DNA of 64,000 nt. Source: a virus. The position numbers were made by a program, and so were the translations under genes. The stretch covers positions 9,785 through 73,784 of IMG/VR virus record IMGVR_UViG_3300005264_000010, one strand, 5' to 3'. Positions 29,902 through 41,687 of the stretch are shown piece after piece; position 1 is the first letter of the stretch; every line of letters begins with the position of its first letter. The notes below the pieces were generated by a model. That model had not been told where the DNA came from and ran no database searches. It worked only from the letters and a program-made list of their open reading frames with translations.

Positions 29902-31236
29902 TTAATTATTTTTATAACCACCAATTCCAATTAAATAATCTAATGCTTCATCTTGTCCATCACTAATCCACTTTTCGTGATTTAAAGCTTGTCCATATTT
30001 ATTAAATTCTACAACTTCTCCATTTTTTCTAGCAGTCACATTTTCAAGACCATATAATTTAATTTGACACTTTATATCATAGTAAGCAATTGTATTTTCT
30101 ACACTACCAACCAATTCATCACCCTCATAAATATCAAAATTGATATTTTCTAAATTATTATCTATTTTTAGTTTCATTTTATTACCTCTTATATAATATT
30201 AGTTTTATATCTCTTATAACACGATTCATTGTTGATATTTCATCATATAGTGAATCTGTTTTTATATAATAATCATTAGTTTCTCCTGATGGAGCTGGTT
30301 CATATTCGTTTTCTTCAGCATACTCTATCTCCTCCCACAATTCAGATACCTCTTCTTCATATTCTTTTATTAGGTTATATAAGTTTTTTCTCTTTTGCTT
30401 CTTCTTACTTATATTCTTCATTATGAAAACTCCCTCCCAATTAAATTAGTAAATCTAATTGGACAGTTATAATATAACATATCCATAAATTCTACACCAG
30501 TATATAAATCATTATTAATTTCATCTCTAATACACTTTACATTTCTATTTATATTACAAAATTCATATAATTCATCTCTTGTTATTGCATAAGTGAAAGT
30601 TGATATAGAAGTGACACCTTCAATAGATTCATTTCTTGGTGGTTCAAATCCTAATTCTATCATTACTGCTCTATTATCTTCTTTTGGTTTTTGACCACAG
30701 TCAGGACATCCATCATTCCATTCAGATTTACTATCATGTATTTTAAATATTCCACTCATACATAATGATATTTCACAATCCCAACAATAATTTCCACCTG
30801 CTGATCTTTTACCCAGATGTTGATTATCTTCTATTTTATAAAAATTCATTCCCATTTTTACTTCCCCTTCTATTTAATAAACATACATATAATTATGATC
30901 TTCTTCATAAATAGTTAAATATTCCAATATACTTTTCATTACATCATATCCATTTACGGTTTTGATAGTAAAAGAACCATATCCATAATTTGATGGGATC
31001 TTATATTCAACATCATTTATATCAATTTCTAGTCTATCTAAAATATACAAAATCTTTTGATGAACTTCACTTTCTCCTTGATTAGAATTAGTGCTATCAT
31101 CTACAGAAGTAGGTAAATGGTAGTTGCTATTATTAAAAAAATTCTTAATAGTAATAACATCTTTTATATTCTTAACTCTTTTTCTAAAGCTAGAATTTAA
31201 TTTATCATAAGTAACATATTTACAAAAATTATTCAT
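29902..31236 (-). other. four hypothetical early ORFs, incl. Zn-binding 30421-30855
   Basis: packed ORFs under the promoter at 31298. Confidence 0.7.
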
Positions 31237-31269
31237 TTCATTTCTCCTTTTAAATAGTTTAACAATTCA

Positions 31270-31331
31270 AATATAATAATAATTTTTAATAATGTCAAGC
31301 TTTATTTTTAATACTTTTATAAATATAAATA
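31270..31331. promoter_or_regulatory. back-to-back early (minus) and late (plus) promoters
   Basis: aatata 31270 / tgtcaa 31293; TATAAATATAAATA from 31318. Confidence 0.85.
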
Positions 31332-31347
31332 AAATATAGGTAAATTA

Positions 31348-31893
31348 GTGAGTAAAAAATCAATCAAATATTTGAAGTCTATAGAAAATGAAAGGGAATT
31401 TAATGATATATTTATTATTTCATTTCTTGGTTTATTAGGATTATCTGTAATAAATGCAAATAATAATCTTCTATTACTTAAAATGAAGAAGTATAGAGTT
31501 ATATTAAATCAACTAAATGATGACTCTATGGATATTTATTATATTATACAATCATTATATGATCAAAAGAAAATTAAAATATCATTTGCTTTAGATTTAA
31601 TAGATGTCCTTCAGAAGTTTAGACAACCAAATTTTACATTTTCTTTAGTAGAGCAGGAAATTAAAGAATTATTAGAAGATTTACCTCCAATTATTTATAC
31701 TAAATTATCTGGAGATGTTAAGTTATTTTTTAAGGCATATTTACATAGTGAATTGATTGATTGGAATATAACTAAATTAGTGAATAAGTTTTATAGTTTT
31801 GCTAATAGAAAGAAATATACTGAAATTGATTTCGTACAACTAGCAAAAAATATGAAACGAATGGAGGTAGAAAGTGAAGATATTCGATCTTAA
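31348..31893 (+). CDS. late hypothetical protein
   Basis: downstream of late promoter. Confidence 0.65.
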   Translation: MSKKSIKYLKSIENEREFNDIFIISFLGLLGLSVINANNNLLLLKMKKYRVILNQLNDDSMDIYYIIQSLYDQKKIKISFALDLIDVLQKFRQPNFTFSLVEQEIKELLEDLPPIIYTKLSGDVKLFFKAYLHSELIDWNITKLVNKFYSFANRKKYTEIDFVQLAKNMKRMEVESEDIRS

Positions 31894-32239
31894 TAAAAAG
31901 TTTTATATTAAGAATAAAGATATTGTTATATTAGAAAGGCAAAATGCTATAAAAGAAGCTATAAACAATGTTTTAGGGCTTAACGAACTAGATATACCAA
32001 TGTCAAAAGATATTGGAGCTAACATCAACTATGCACAGTTAAAATCAATATCTCATTCAACAGCAAGTGATATGGTAAAGAAAATAGATATTGCAATTAA
32101 TGGTATTGAATATGTTTCTGATGTAGATATAAAATTTTACTATGAAACAAGTACACAGAATATGACAATTAAAGTTAAAACTAAAGATTTAACTGAAAAT
32201 ATTGATATAGATATAAATTTAGCTGAAGTGAGTATATAA
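31874..32239 (+). CDS. baseplate wedge protein (gp25-like)
   Basis: NAIKEAINNVL...PM..DIGANI. Confidence 0.7.
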   Translation: MKIFDLNKKFYIKNKDIVILERQNAIKEAINNVLGLNELDIPMSKDIGANINYAQLKSISHSTASDMVKKIDIAINGIEYVSDVDIKFYYETSTQNMTIKVKTKDLTENIDIDINLAEVSI

Positions 32240-33109
32240 ATGAAATTTGAATATGGCGATATAAAAACGACTGATGATTTTATACAAAGAGAAAAAGAAT
32301 TATCAAAAACTGAAGGTGGTAGAACTCTATTAAAAAATATTAATAGAGCTTATTTATCAAGACTAATTGATACAACACAAATTGCTTATAACCCAAAATC
32401 AGTTATTGGTAATTTTGCTAGTCACTTTACAGATATAGTAAGACCAAATAAATTTATTATTAGATTTACTTATGAAGATATGGAATGGTCAGATGATTTT
32501 GCATTAGAAATTTTAACTAAAACAGTTACTGCTCCATCTATTACTACTAATAAAATGACATTTAAAAGGGCAGGGAAGACAGTTAAAATTCCTCTTAATC
32601 AAGATGTTGCTGATAATATTGAATTAGCTTTTTATCAAGATGTTGATAATAAAGTTTTAAATGATATTGTATATTTAATTAACAATCAAAATGAAGCTGG
32701 TTATCATGACAAATCAAAAATTATTAATTTATCCATTTATTATATGATTAGTATTAATAAAAGTGAAGGATTTACTAGTTCATTAACCGATCTTGCTCTT
32801 GATTTCTTTGATATAAATTTAGGTTATAGAAATAGTGGTAATAATGAACCTCAAATACTGAATGGTTCTTTGAATACTACAGATAAAATAGTTGAATTAA
32901 AATATAAGAATATATTCATTGATAATATTTCAGGTATTGGTGATATGGATAATGAGAGAGTTGATACTTATAGTGAAGCTAAAATGTCATTAGGGTTTAA
33001 TGGAGTTAGTATGTCTATGTGGGATTGGAATAAAACCATGCCATCTAATAATGATAATGGCATGAAATTAAATGATAATGCTGAAGATGAACAAATAGTA
33101 GAATTTTAA
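32240..33109 (+). CDS. tail-tube-fold baseplate protein (gp54/gp48-like)
   Basis: VRPNKFIIRF, KTVTAPSIT, KIP, LAFY.D. Confidence 0.65.
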   Translation: MKFEYGDIKTTDDFIQREKELSKTEGGRTLLKNINRAYLSRLIDTTQIAYNPKSVIGNFASHFTDIVRPNKFIIRFTYEDMEWSDDFALEILTKTVTAPSITTNKMTFKRAGKTVKIPLNQDVADNIELAFYQDVDNKVLNDIVYLINNQNEAGYHDKSKIINLSIYYMISINKSEGFTSSLTDLALDFFDINLGYRNSGNNEPQILNGSLNTTDKIVELKYKNIFIDNISGIGDMDNERVDTYSEAKMSLGFNGVSMSMWDWNKTMPSNNDNGMKLNDNAEDEQIVEF

Positions 33110-33129
33110 TTATCTCCCACATCTATTTT

Positions 33130-34489
33130 CTAGCTAAGTCCAGCTACTCCACTTTCTAATTTACCATTATGAGCAACCATAGAAACAGCAAAACCACTAC
33201 CCTCAATCATATTTAACCATTGCTCATAAGTCGCTTTCGTCTGCCCAAAACTAGAAGCATCATTATCAAATAACCATGTTGCTAATTCTTTGGGAGTTCT
33301 AAAAGCAGGACTAATTGGAGTTCCTTCTGATGTAGTTTCATACATCATGAAATGTGTTTTTTCTTCTTCTTTCCAAGTAGGCATATAATCCCTTGAATCT
33401 GGAGCAGTATCATAATAATCTTCAAAATGCATATTTTTATACTTTGTGTCGATAGATTTTAATTTTTTTGTTTCCCAATCTTCTTCATAACCATTATCAA
33501 AATTCTTCTTCAATTCTAACCACTTGTTAAATTCTTTTTCATAATTCATTTCATACATTGCATGATAATTACCGTTTTCTTGTTTTGGATGTTCCCAATT
33601 TTCAGGAACCATTCTAACTTCTCTACCCATCCTAATTCTCCTTTTTATTTTAAATACCCCAATATTCTAATTCATCATCTTCATTATCAAGAAATGATTG
33701 TAAATGATAAACAGTGCCACCTCCAACATCTTCAGAAATACAAAATCCATCTCCTGGTAAGTATGAAATAGTATATTTCCCTCTTTCTGATTTTGTCATA
33801 CTGTCAAAGAGTTGCTCAAAATCACTCTCAATACTTACTAATTCATCATATTTCTTATTTACACCATCTAATTTTTTTGATAATATTTCTTTTTGTTTTC
33901 TAGTAAGGTTCATTTATTTCTCCCTATTTATTATTTTCAACCACTCTCTAAATAATTCAAGTTCCTTATAGCCTAAACTATTATTTAATACTTCTAGCAT
34001 TTCTCTAGTAATAAGACTATTATTACTTATTTTTACTATTTCATGTAATTGTAATTTCATCTACATTAACTCCCTTAATTTATTTGCTAGTGATTTAATA
34101 TTATTTTCAGTAGTATTATCTATATTTTGATCATAGTTAGTTAGGTATTTATTGGAAATTTTAATAAATCTATTAAAAAATAATTTAATATACTTATCTA
34201 AATCTATATCTTTCGTTAGTTTATCTAATGGGAATTTAATAACTTCATCTAAGTATCCAGTTAATTGTTGAGTTTTAGTATGTATCAATTCATACTCATC
34301 ATCAACTAAATATAGAGTATCCTCAGTTATATCTCTTAAATAATGATATGATAAATAAGTAGTGCATAATATTTTATGCTGATGAGCTTTCATAGAGCCA
34401 TTACATAAATCTGTGGTGTTAGAAATTAAATATTTTCTAATATCCATTTCCATTAACTTAAATAATAAATATTTTTCTCTTTTAGTCAT
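33130..34489 (-). other. hypothetical early ORFs (33130-33630, 33650-33913, 34061-34489 and short ORFs)
   Basis: SD-led ORFs under the promoter at 34693. Confidence 0.7.
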
Positions 34490-34664
34490 TTTTTATCTCT
34501 GCTGGGAACACCTCTCCAATTAGTTGGACCTGATAATCTATAATATACTCAATATTTACTAACATAGATTTCATTTCCTCTTCAGTATATTCTTTAACAT
34601 AACAGCTATCTGTATTTTCACTCATCTTCATTCTCCTTTTAGTTTTAAATTAACCTACAACTAC

Positions 34665-34719
34665 AATATAACAATAAAAATCTAAAAGGTCAAGCTTTAT
34701 TTTAATACTTTTATAAATA
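34665..34719. promoter_or_regulatory. back-to-back early (minus, TTGACC) and late (plus) promoters
   Basis: aatata 34665 / ggtcaa 34688; TATAAATA 34712. Confidence 0.8.
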
Positions 34720-34744
34720 TAATTAAACAATAGGAGAAATAATT

Positions 34745-35464
34745 ATGAATGACTTTGCTTGGAGTAAATTAAAACTACCTGTATATGGTAAAGAAGTAAA
34801 TATTAAAAATTGGAACTATCTTGAAGATGTTGAATTAAATAAGAAAATATCTCAAACAGAAAATTCAGAAGATAAAATTAAAATAATTCTTGAATTTCTA
34901 AAAGATCATGTTAAAGAGAAAAAAGTATTTGATGAACTAACAGATGTGGATATATATAAAATTTTGTTTGTACTTCGCAACAACTCAAAAGGGAATGAGA
35001 TTAAGTATATGTGGAAATGTTTCAATGAAGATTTTAATGGTAAGCAATGTCCAGCTCATAATCAATATCAACACACAGCTTTAGATATTATAAAAGAAGT
35101 ACAATATAAAGTAAGTAAAGTTGAAGATAAAAAATTAGATGATAGATATACTATTAAATTCAAAAATATTAGCTTCCTTAATAAATTGAAAATTATAAAT
35201 AATATAAGCACAACAGAAGAACTTAAATATCAATTAGTATTAGGTAGTATTGAATCTATTATTAGAGATGATGAATTAATTAATTTTAGTAGTAATAAAG
35301 AATTAGATAAGTTCTTGAAAAATATAGAGCCAAAATATGTTTATAAAATAATTGAAAGTTATAAAGATAATGTTAGTAGTGTTGATATATTAAAGAAAAA
35401 TGTTTGTAGTAAATGTGGATCTATAAATGATTTAGTTATAGGTGATTTTAGTTTTTTTTTATAG
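34745..35464 (+). CDS. baseplate hub assembly protein (gp26-like)
   Basis: LKLP, LTDVD...LR.NSKG, Cys pairs, ends CSKCG...GDFSFF. Confidence 0.8.
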   Translation: MNDFAWSKLKLPVYGKEVNIKNWNYLEDVELNKKISQTENSEDKIKIILEFLKDHVKEKKVFDELTDVDIYKILFVLRNNSKGNEIKYMWKCFNEDFNGKQCPAHNQYQHTALDIIKEVQYKVSKVEDKKLDDRYTIKFKNISFLNKLKIINNISTTEELKYQLVLGSIESIIRDDELINFSSNKELDKFLKNIEPKYVYKIIESYKDNVSSVDILKKNVCSKCGSINDLVIGDFSFFL

Positions 35465-35610
35465 CCAGCACCATATCACCAATTGAATATTTTAATGATT
35501 TAATATTCTTAAAAAGTAATGGTAATAGCTGGCAGAAATCAGAAATTGATATAATGAGACCAATAGAGGTTGAAATAATTAAAAATTTGATATTAGGTAA
35601 CAACAAATGA
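35452..35610 (+). CDS. -1 frame extension of gp26-like gene (gp51-like / GT-like chaperone segment)
   Basis: no ATG until an internal Met 34 codons in; follows T9A; EYFNDLIFL...SEIDIMRPIEVE. Confidence 0.7.
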   Translation, partial: FFFIASTISPIEYFNDLIFLKSNGNSWQKSEIDIMRPIEVEIIKNLILGNNK

Positions 35611-35969
35611 AAAGTAACTTAGATAGCTTAATAAGTGATAGTAATAAATCTATACTTAAAGAAAATGATTTTAATATTGATGACTATGGTAATATTATAA
35701 TTAAATCAATCCCTAAAAATAATATAATAGTTATTGATGGTGATAATATTGAAATTATAAATAAGAATAGTAAGATAATTATTAAAGAAGATTTGACCAT
35801 TGAAGCAAAAGATATAAATATAGTATGTGAGAATTTAACTGCTGATATTTCTGGAAATATTGATTTAGGTGAAAATGGTGGTAGTGTAATAACAACTTTA
35901 ACTCATCCAATGTGTTATGCAACAGGTGCTAAAATATTAGGAAGTCAAACTGTGAGGTGTAAGTCGTGA
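35607..35969 (+). CDS. baseplate spike-like protein (gp5 C-terminal / apex type)
   Basis: beta-repeat and HPMCYATG tip motif. Confidence 0.55.
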   Translation: MKSNLDSLISDSNKSILKENDFNIDDYGNIIIKSIPKNNIIVIDGDNIEIINKNSKIIIKEDLTIEAKDINIVCENLTADISGNIDLGENGGSVITTLTHPMCYATGAKILGSQTVRCKS

Positions 35970-36184
35970 TAACTAAAGAGCTAATAAAAACAAAGCTAGA
36001 TTATATTAAAAATTTAGAGATTTCAGATCCAGATGAATATAGTGATAAGATGGCAGATATGATATTTGAGATATTTCAAGAATTAGTAATAACAATACCA
36101 ATTGGGAATGTAGTAATTGGTGCAACTGGTGGAGTAAATAATCCAGTTCCAATGATATTATCAACAAATGTGGAACAAATATAG
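35966..36184 (+). CDS. small virion-associated protein
   Basis: late operon position. Confidence 0.5.
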   Translation: MITKELIKTKLDYIKNLEISDPDEYSDKMADMIFEIFQELVITIPIGNVVIGATGGVNNPVPMILSTNVEQI

Positions 36185-36190
36185 TAAATT

Positions 36191-36198
36191 TATAAATA
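36191..36198 (+). promoter_or_regulatory. late promoter
   Basis: TATAAATA. Confidence 0.7.
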
Positions 36199-36232
36199 AA
36201 AGTATAATAATTAAAATAGAAAGGAATAAAAT

Positions 36233-36703
36233 ATGAATTTTAAAGATTTAATAAACAAAGTAAATAACAATATAACAGAAGATATTGATGCTGAAGAAAT
36301 GGAAGCTGGTTTGGAAATGACGGAGTTATTTGACACTTTGGCGGAAGAATTAGACAATAATCAAGTTGGATTAGCTCTTATTGATGTATTAGAGCAAGTA
36401 TATAATAATTCTGATGAGAATGTTAAAGATGTTATAACTGAAAGTATTTTTGATGTGTTTGAGGATGATAGCTTAGATGGAGTTGTTCATGAAGATGAGC
36501 TTGATGAGAAAAAGAAAATTAAAATCTCAAAAATAGATAAACTCACAAGAAAAAAAGATTATAGAAGAAATAAGCAGAAAATTAAGAAAGCCTCCAGATT
36601 AATGAGAAAGACTTCTAAATTTAAAAAGTCACAAAAGAAAAAGAAAAGAATGAATAAGCGCGGATTGACTGGATCAGGAAAAAGAATTGTGAGCTATATA
36701 TAG
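36233..36703 (+). CDS. prohead core protein (gp68-like)
   Basis: acidic N-half with ITE/LDE protease-type sites, very basic C-half ending KRMNKRGL. Confidence 0.6.
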   Translation: MNFKDLINKVNNNITEDIDAEEMEAGLEMTELFDTLAEELDNNQVGLALIDVLEQVYNNSDENVKDVITESIFDVFEDDSLDGVVHEDELDEKKKIKISKIDKLTRKKDYRRNKQKIKKASRLMRKTSKFKKSQKKKKRMNKRGLTGSGKRIVSYI

Positions 36704-36721
36704 AATTTAAGTAAATACGAA

Positions 36722-36780
36722 TATGATGTGGAGTGGTTACCCATCATAAGAAAAGGGCAACTCGTCCTATTTCTCCTCCA
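36722..36780. ncRNA. candidate structured RNA (two hairpins plus possible pseudoknot)
   Basis: tatgatg/catcata stem, loop tggag complementary to ctcca 36776-36780, hairpin agggcaactcgtcct. Confidence 0.4.
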
Positions 36781-36783
36781 AAG

Positions 36784-36822
36784 GAAATGGCTAATAACAA
36801 ATTTAATGTTATTAGCCATTTC
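36784..36822. terminator. strong hairpin, probable terminator
   Basis: gaaatggctaataaca/tgttattagccatttc. Confidence 0.7.
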
Positions 36823-36831
36823 TGATTTAGC

Positions 36832-36906
36832 TTCATAAGTAGTGTTTAATTCGATTTCTTATCAAAGATACATAATTATATAGAAAACAATTTAAAGTTG
36901 AAGTAA
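36832..36906. repeat. dispersed palindromic intergenic element, copy 3
   Basis: blocks identical to 19994-20011, 20027-20047, 20051-20068. Confidence 0.85.
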
Positions 36907-37030
36907 GCTAACTGTTTGACACTTTAAAATGAATATTACTTATTATGCTTCTTCTTATTCAAATGATAAACTATAAATCCTCCAAAAAATACTACACATG
37001 ATACTATAAATCCTATTGTACTTGGTTCCA

Positions 37031-37793
37031 TTACATCTCCTTTAATTTATATTTTTCTATAAAATATTCTAAATAACTAATATCTAAATTTATGAACAAG
37101 AAATAATCTATTCTTTTACTCATTGTAGAAAATCCAGTTTCAATATAATCCCTATTACCATACTCTGGAGTAAATGGCATCACCCTATGAATAAAAACAG
37201 TATGACAACTTTTATATTCATACATATCTAGTATTTCTTCATATGATATACTAGCAGATTCTCTACTAAATGATTTTGAACAATCTAATTTATCAATTTT
37301 AACTTCATAAGATTTATCTTTAGCATCATTGAATAATTTAATCATATCAGCATTTTTTATATCGTAGAATTTATGAGACATTGTTATCTTCTATGTTAGT
37401 TATGTACTCTTCAATTTCTTCTTCTTCAAAACCTGTCCAAGTCATTTCCCAAAGACAGTGAGTAATTATATCCAATTCAGAATAATCAATAAGCGAATTT
37501 TCTGTTAGCTCCATACCTAACCATTCATTCCATTTTGTATATTCAATAGCATAACCAATTTCTTCACCTTCAATTAAACCACTAACTGATGTATATTCTT
37601 CTTCATTCCATTTACTAATTGAGACTAGAAATATATCTAAAAGCATACTTGAATTGACTGGTTCCATAACTTTCAGTTTATTAAATACATGTTCATAACC
37701 ATCAATATTAATATCTTGATCTGGATATAATACTAACATTCTAGTTTTTATCTCTTGAAAATTATATTTTAGTATTAGTTCTTTAAATTTCAT
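37031..37793 (-). other. two hypothetical ORFs (37371-37793 possibly DUF6557-like)
   Basis: YAIEYTKWNEWLGM...HCLWEMTWTGF. Confidence 0.6.
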
Positions 37794-37838
37794 TTGTTAC
37801 TCCAGAAATTTTATTAAATAAATCTTTAGCTTACTTTG

Positions 37839-39080
37839 TTATATTACAATTTCAAAAATTGTTTTTCCTACGTGACATTTATCTTCACTTTTAGCATTAT
37901 ATGCTTCTAAATGTTCATCTATATCATAACCAACAATATCACCAGTTTCTTGTAAATCAATTTTATATGAATCAATCCCATCTTTACTTACAATATGTAT
38001 ATTCTGTGAAGCTCTTGAAGTTAATTGTAAACTATTTTCAGAATAAGCATTTGCACCAACTAAACTACCCGATCTCGCATAAGTTTCTGAGATGAGTGCC
38101 TGGTGGATATGCCCAAAAATTACAAAATCTATTCTTATTCCTCTACTTGAATACTTTCTAATTGATTTAGTGACTCCATTTTCAGGATTAGCACTATATC
38201 CTTTTTGGTGACCATGTAATAATAGTATATTTTTACCTCCAATATTAATAACATCTTCTAATGGAGTATCTGGTTCTTTAAATGTTACACTATCACTTTC
38301 TTTGAATATGAATTTTAGGAAATTAAAGATTGTCCAATCAAAATTATCTGTAGTAATGACATCAACCCATCCAATATCATCATCCATACGGCTTTCGTTT
38401 CCAGTTACAGCAGTTACAACTATATTATAATCTTCATTTAACTCTGATATTACTTGTTGTAAAAGTTGAACAGCTAAGAAAGTTGCTTTTGATCTATTAG
38501 TTGCTTGTGATAATAATTCGTCAAGACGACGCGACGAGTTCATCAAATCTCCACCCAAAGTTACCAGCACAGTTGAAATATTTCTCAATGAAAATTGTTC
38601 TTTTGATTTAATAACCATTTTCTTTAATCTCTTCGATGCGACACTAAATGAATATTTATTGCTTGGAAGGTCAACCAATTCATTAAAATGGGAATCAAAA
38701 ATTGAAAATATCGCCACTGAATCATCATTTATACTTTCATGTCTAATGGTATTCTTTACTATATTATTCTCTTTAAGTATATTAATTAGTTCTTTGCTAT
38801 ACTCCTCAACTGCATTCTCGATCCTCGCTTGCTCTCTGAAACTTTTTCTTTCTACCCGATTTTTATCCTGAAACTTCTGCTTCTGTTTAGCTAACCTAAC
38901 ATTCTCAGCAACTATTTCTTCATCTGGATCTACTTCAACGACAACCTCGTTTTCTTCATCTAAAAATACACTAAACTTTCTTTCACAATCTTTACATTTA
39001 TATACTTGGTTAGTTCCTTTTGAATTATAACTGAAACCGTATTTGTTTACTTCTAATGATTCACATCTTGGACAATTCAA
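37839..39080 (-). CDS. calcineurin-like metallophosphoesterase with N-terminal Zn ribbon
   Basis: CPRC..CKDC; DSH, GGDL, GNE, HGH, GHIH. Confidence 0.85.
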   Translation of the reverse strand: MNCPRCESLEVNKYGFSYNSKGTNQVYKCKDCERKFSVFLDEENEVVVEVDPDEEIVAENVRLAKQKQKFQDKNRVERKSFREQARIENAVEEYSKELINILKENNIVKNTIRHESINDDSVAIFSIFDSHFNELVDLPSNKYSFSVASKRLKKMVIKSKEQFSLRNISTVLVTLGGDLMNSSRRLDELLSQATNRSKATFLAVQLLQQVISELNEDYNIVVTAVTGNESRMDDDIGWVDVITTDNFDWTIFNFLKFIFKESDSVTFKEPDTPLEDVINIGGKNILLLHGHQKGYSANPENGVTKSIRKYSSRGIRIDFVIFGHIHQALISETYARSGSLVGANAYSENSLQLTSRASQNIHIVSKDGIDSYKIDLQETGDIVGYDIDEHLEAYNAKSEDKCHVGKTIFEIVI

Positions 39081-39279
39081 TATGTTCTCCTTATATTAAT
39101 TAAAAATATTTATAAACTATTTAATTTTAATATCCACACTCAAAACATCGAGTAAAAGAAAACTAACTATCTCGTTTTTATCTTCAACTGTCACGCTATC
39201 ATTACTTATAATCATAGTGCAATTTTCATAAATAAAGAACTCTACACAACTATTTATTTTAACTTCTACAATTACTGAT

Positions 39280-40449
39280 TTAATCATTATAAATTTCTCC
39301 TATAATTTTTAATATTGAATTATCAACATTGTTCCACTCTCTACCATAATTTTCTGGTGGGTATAATTTCATACTACATTCATTTCCATTGGTGTCTGTA
39401 ATAATAAATAAAGGAGATTTCTCAATACCATATATCTTATCTAATACTAAATTACCAATATTAACTTCTTGTGTATACTCTTCATAAATATCAGTATCAG
39501 TAGTAAAAGTACACATACCATCTATTTCACCACTTGGGAATAATTTAACACTACAATAACTACCCCAAATTTCTAATACCTCATATTCATAACTAGTATT
39601 ATTTTTACTATGCACTATATCACCTACTTTAAATGACATCATTATCCTCCATTATGTAAATTATAATTATAAACAATAGTGAAACAAATATTAATTCTAA
39701 ACTCATATCTACATCCCATTATCTTCTATTTGCTGTTTTCTTAATTTATCCATATCAAGTGAATATTTCTTTTCATTAGTAGAATTATTTTCACTATACT
39801 CATGAATTGCTATTAGTTCTTGCCTACAATATGAACACTTAAATCTTACAACCCTATCATTAATATCTTCTTGAACTTGAGTATGGCAAGTAGGACAAAC
39901 ATAAGATGTTTTAATAACTGTTATTAATTTCTCTATTATATAGACTTCTTTGGCTCGCTTAGTTACTTTCATTTTATTAACTCCATTGAAATATCCTTTA
40001 AATATTTACTATTCTTAATAAATTCTTCACAAAATCTTCTATATTTACATTGCCCACATCCCATATGCTTTAAATCGCTCATATATTCACTACAATGATT
40101 TATCATATTTATTAATTTATCATTTGATGATCTGTCTACTTTATGAACTTCACTAATCATTTACTTCTCCATTATATTCTTTTCCATCAATTTTAAAATC
40201 TTTTTTATTTAACGCTTTTGAACAATAACTTTCACAATCTTCACAAACTAAATTTTGCTCTATTAAATCTTTAATCATTTGGAATCTTAAATACTGATAA
40301 TATTTATCACAAAATGAACATTGCTCAACTTGATCAAATCTCAAGTGTTTACAATCTTCTGAGCAATATAACATTATGTATTTAGAAAATTCTGGACTAT
40401 CAACTATTATTGCTTTAATATCTTCTGTTTCAAAAGTTTTAGTTTTCAT
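39280..40449 (-). other. four small hypothetical ORFs, three Cys-rich
   Basis: packed minus-strand ORFs. Confidence 0.65.
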
Positions 40450-40482
40450 TTAATTCACCTTTAATATAATATAACTATTTGA

Positions 40483-41652
40483 TTACAAATCTACTACACT
40501 ACTCTTTCCATCTAGTATCATAAACTTAAAATTATATCCTGCTTCTATACAAGCTTTTTGTTTAAGTAAATTAATTTCGTTATATTTGTTATAAGTCCAT
40601 AAACTCTTTACTTCTATTATCAGATTATCTTTTTCTATATAAATATCAGGATAATATCTATGCTTCTTTTCATCTTCTGTATAATACCATATACTAGGTA
40701 TTTTCTTTCTCGATACTTCTATTTCATCTTCATGATAGCTTTCTAATAATATATCTAATGCTTGCGGTTCATATCCTTGAACTTTAACTATTTTATTAGA
40801 TGGAAATTTATATTCTTTCCACTTAAATCCAGATTTTTGATTTTTCTCATGAAACTCAGGAACTTGCATTGAATTATCAACTCCATACTTTAAATTCATA
40901 GTTTCTATATATGATACTTTCCATCTGTCATAACTATTTAATCCATTTTCATCTATATTATTAAGTTTTGTTTCTCTATTCTTTTCTGGATTATTATAAT
41001 TTTTGTCTTCATATAAATCTTCTTTGGTTTTCATTGATTTAATGACAATTCTATCATAACTATTTAATCCATTTTCATCAATATCTTCTAATTTAGTTTT
41101 AACTATTTGCGATGGATTATTATAATTTTTATCTCCATATAAATCTAGTTTAGTTTCAATGGCTTGCTCTCTATTCACAAAGAACTCATCTCCATATAAA
41201 TCTAGTTTAGTTGATTTACATTTTATTAATGCTTTATCATGAGAGTTCATTCCCATTTCATCTACTTCTAGCTTAGTTTTATTTGCTTGTTTTGAATTAT
41301 TATAATTTTCATCATTATATCTATCCTTTTTAGTTTTATTAGATTTCTCTCTGTTATTATAATTTTGATCTCCATATTTTTCTAATAAATTCTTTTTAGT
41401 TTTATCTATTTTTTCTTTATTTGAATTCGAGCATTTTGAATCACAATATGTTCTATATCCTTTACTGAATCCCCTAAAATTAGTTTCTTTACTACAGCTT
41501 TTACAAGTACCCTCTCCAGCTTTCTTAAAATTTTCATCATAATATTCTTGAGATGTCATTTTATGAAATTTTTTAAGGTGTATTGCTAAAATATTGAGTT
41601 TATGACAATTTTCATTGCATATAATACAAGTAGTATCTGTAGGTGTGCTCAT
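40483..41652 (-). CDS. free-standing homing endonuclease (C2H2/Zn fingers, internal repeats, PD-(D/E)xK domain)
   Basis: KYG..NY and DENGLNSYDR repeats; VQGYE; YYPDIYI...IIEVKS. Confidence 0.85.
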   Translation of the reverse strand: MSTPTDTTCIICNENCHKLNILAIHLKKFHKMTSQEYYDENFKKAGEGTCKSCSKETNFRGFSKGYRTYCDSKCSNSNKEKIDKTKKNLLEKYGDQNYNNREKSNKTKKDRYNDENYNNSKQANKTKLEVDEMGMNSHDKALIKCKSTKLDLYGDEFFVNREQAIETKLDLYGDKNYNNPSQIVKTKLEDIDENGLNSYDRIVIKSMKTKEDLYEDKNYNNPEKNRETKLNNIDENGLNSYDRWKVSYIETMNLKYGVDNSMQVPEFHEKNQKSGFKWKEYKFPSNKIVKVQGYEPQALDILLESYHEDEIEVSRKKIPSIWYYTEDEKKHRYYPDIYIEKDNLIIEVKSLWTYNKYNEINLLKQKACIEAGYNFKFMILDGKSSVVDL

Positions 41653-41687
41653 AATAATCTCCTTACGATTTATGAATATAATATTGA

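Noticed and set aside
36722-36780. Fluoride or c-di-GMP riboswitch
   Set aside because: Similar topology but the conserved nucleotides are absent and there is no downstream same-strand gene
37839-39080. IS1-like transposase suggested by the N-terminal Zn ribbon
   Set aside because: The remainder is a metallophosphoesterase; no DDE domain or terminal repeats
40928-41212. Direct DNA repeats of about 24-26 nt
   Set aside because: Explained by protein repeats (DENGLNSYDR, KLDLYGD) inside the endonuclease
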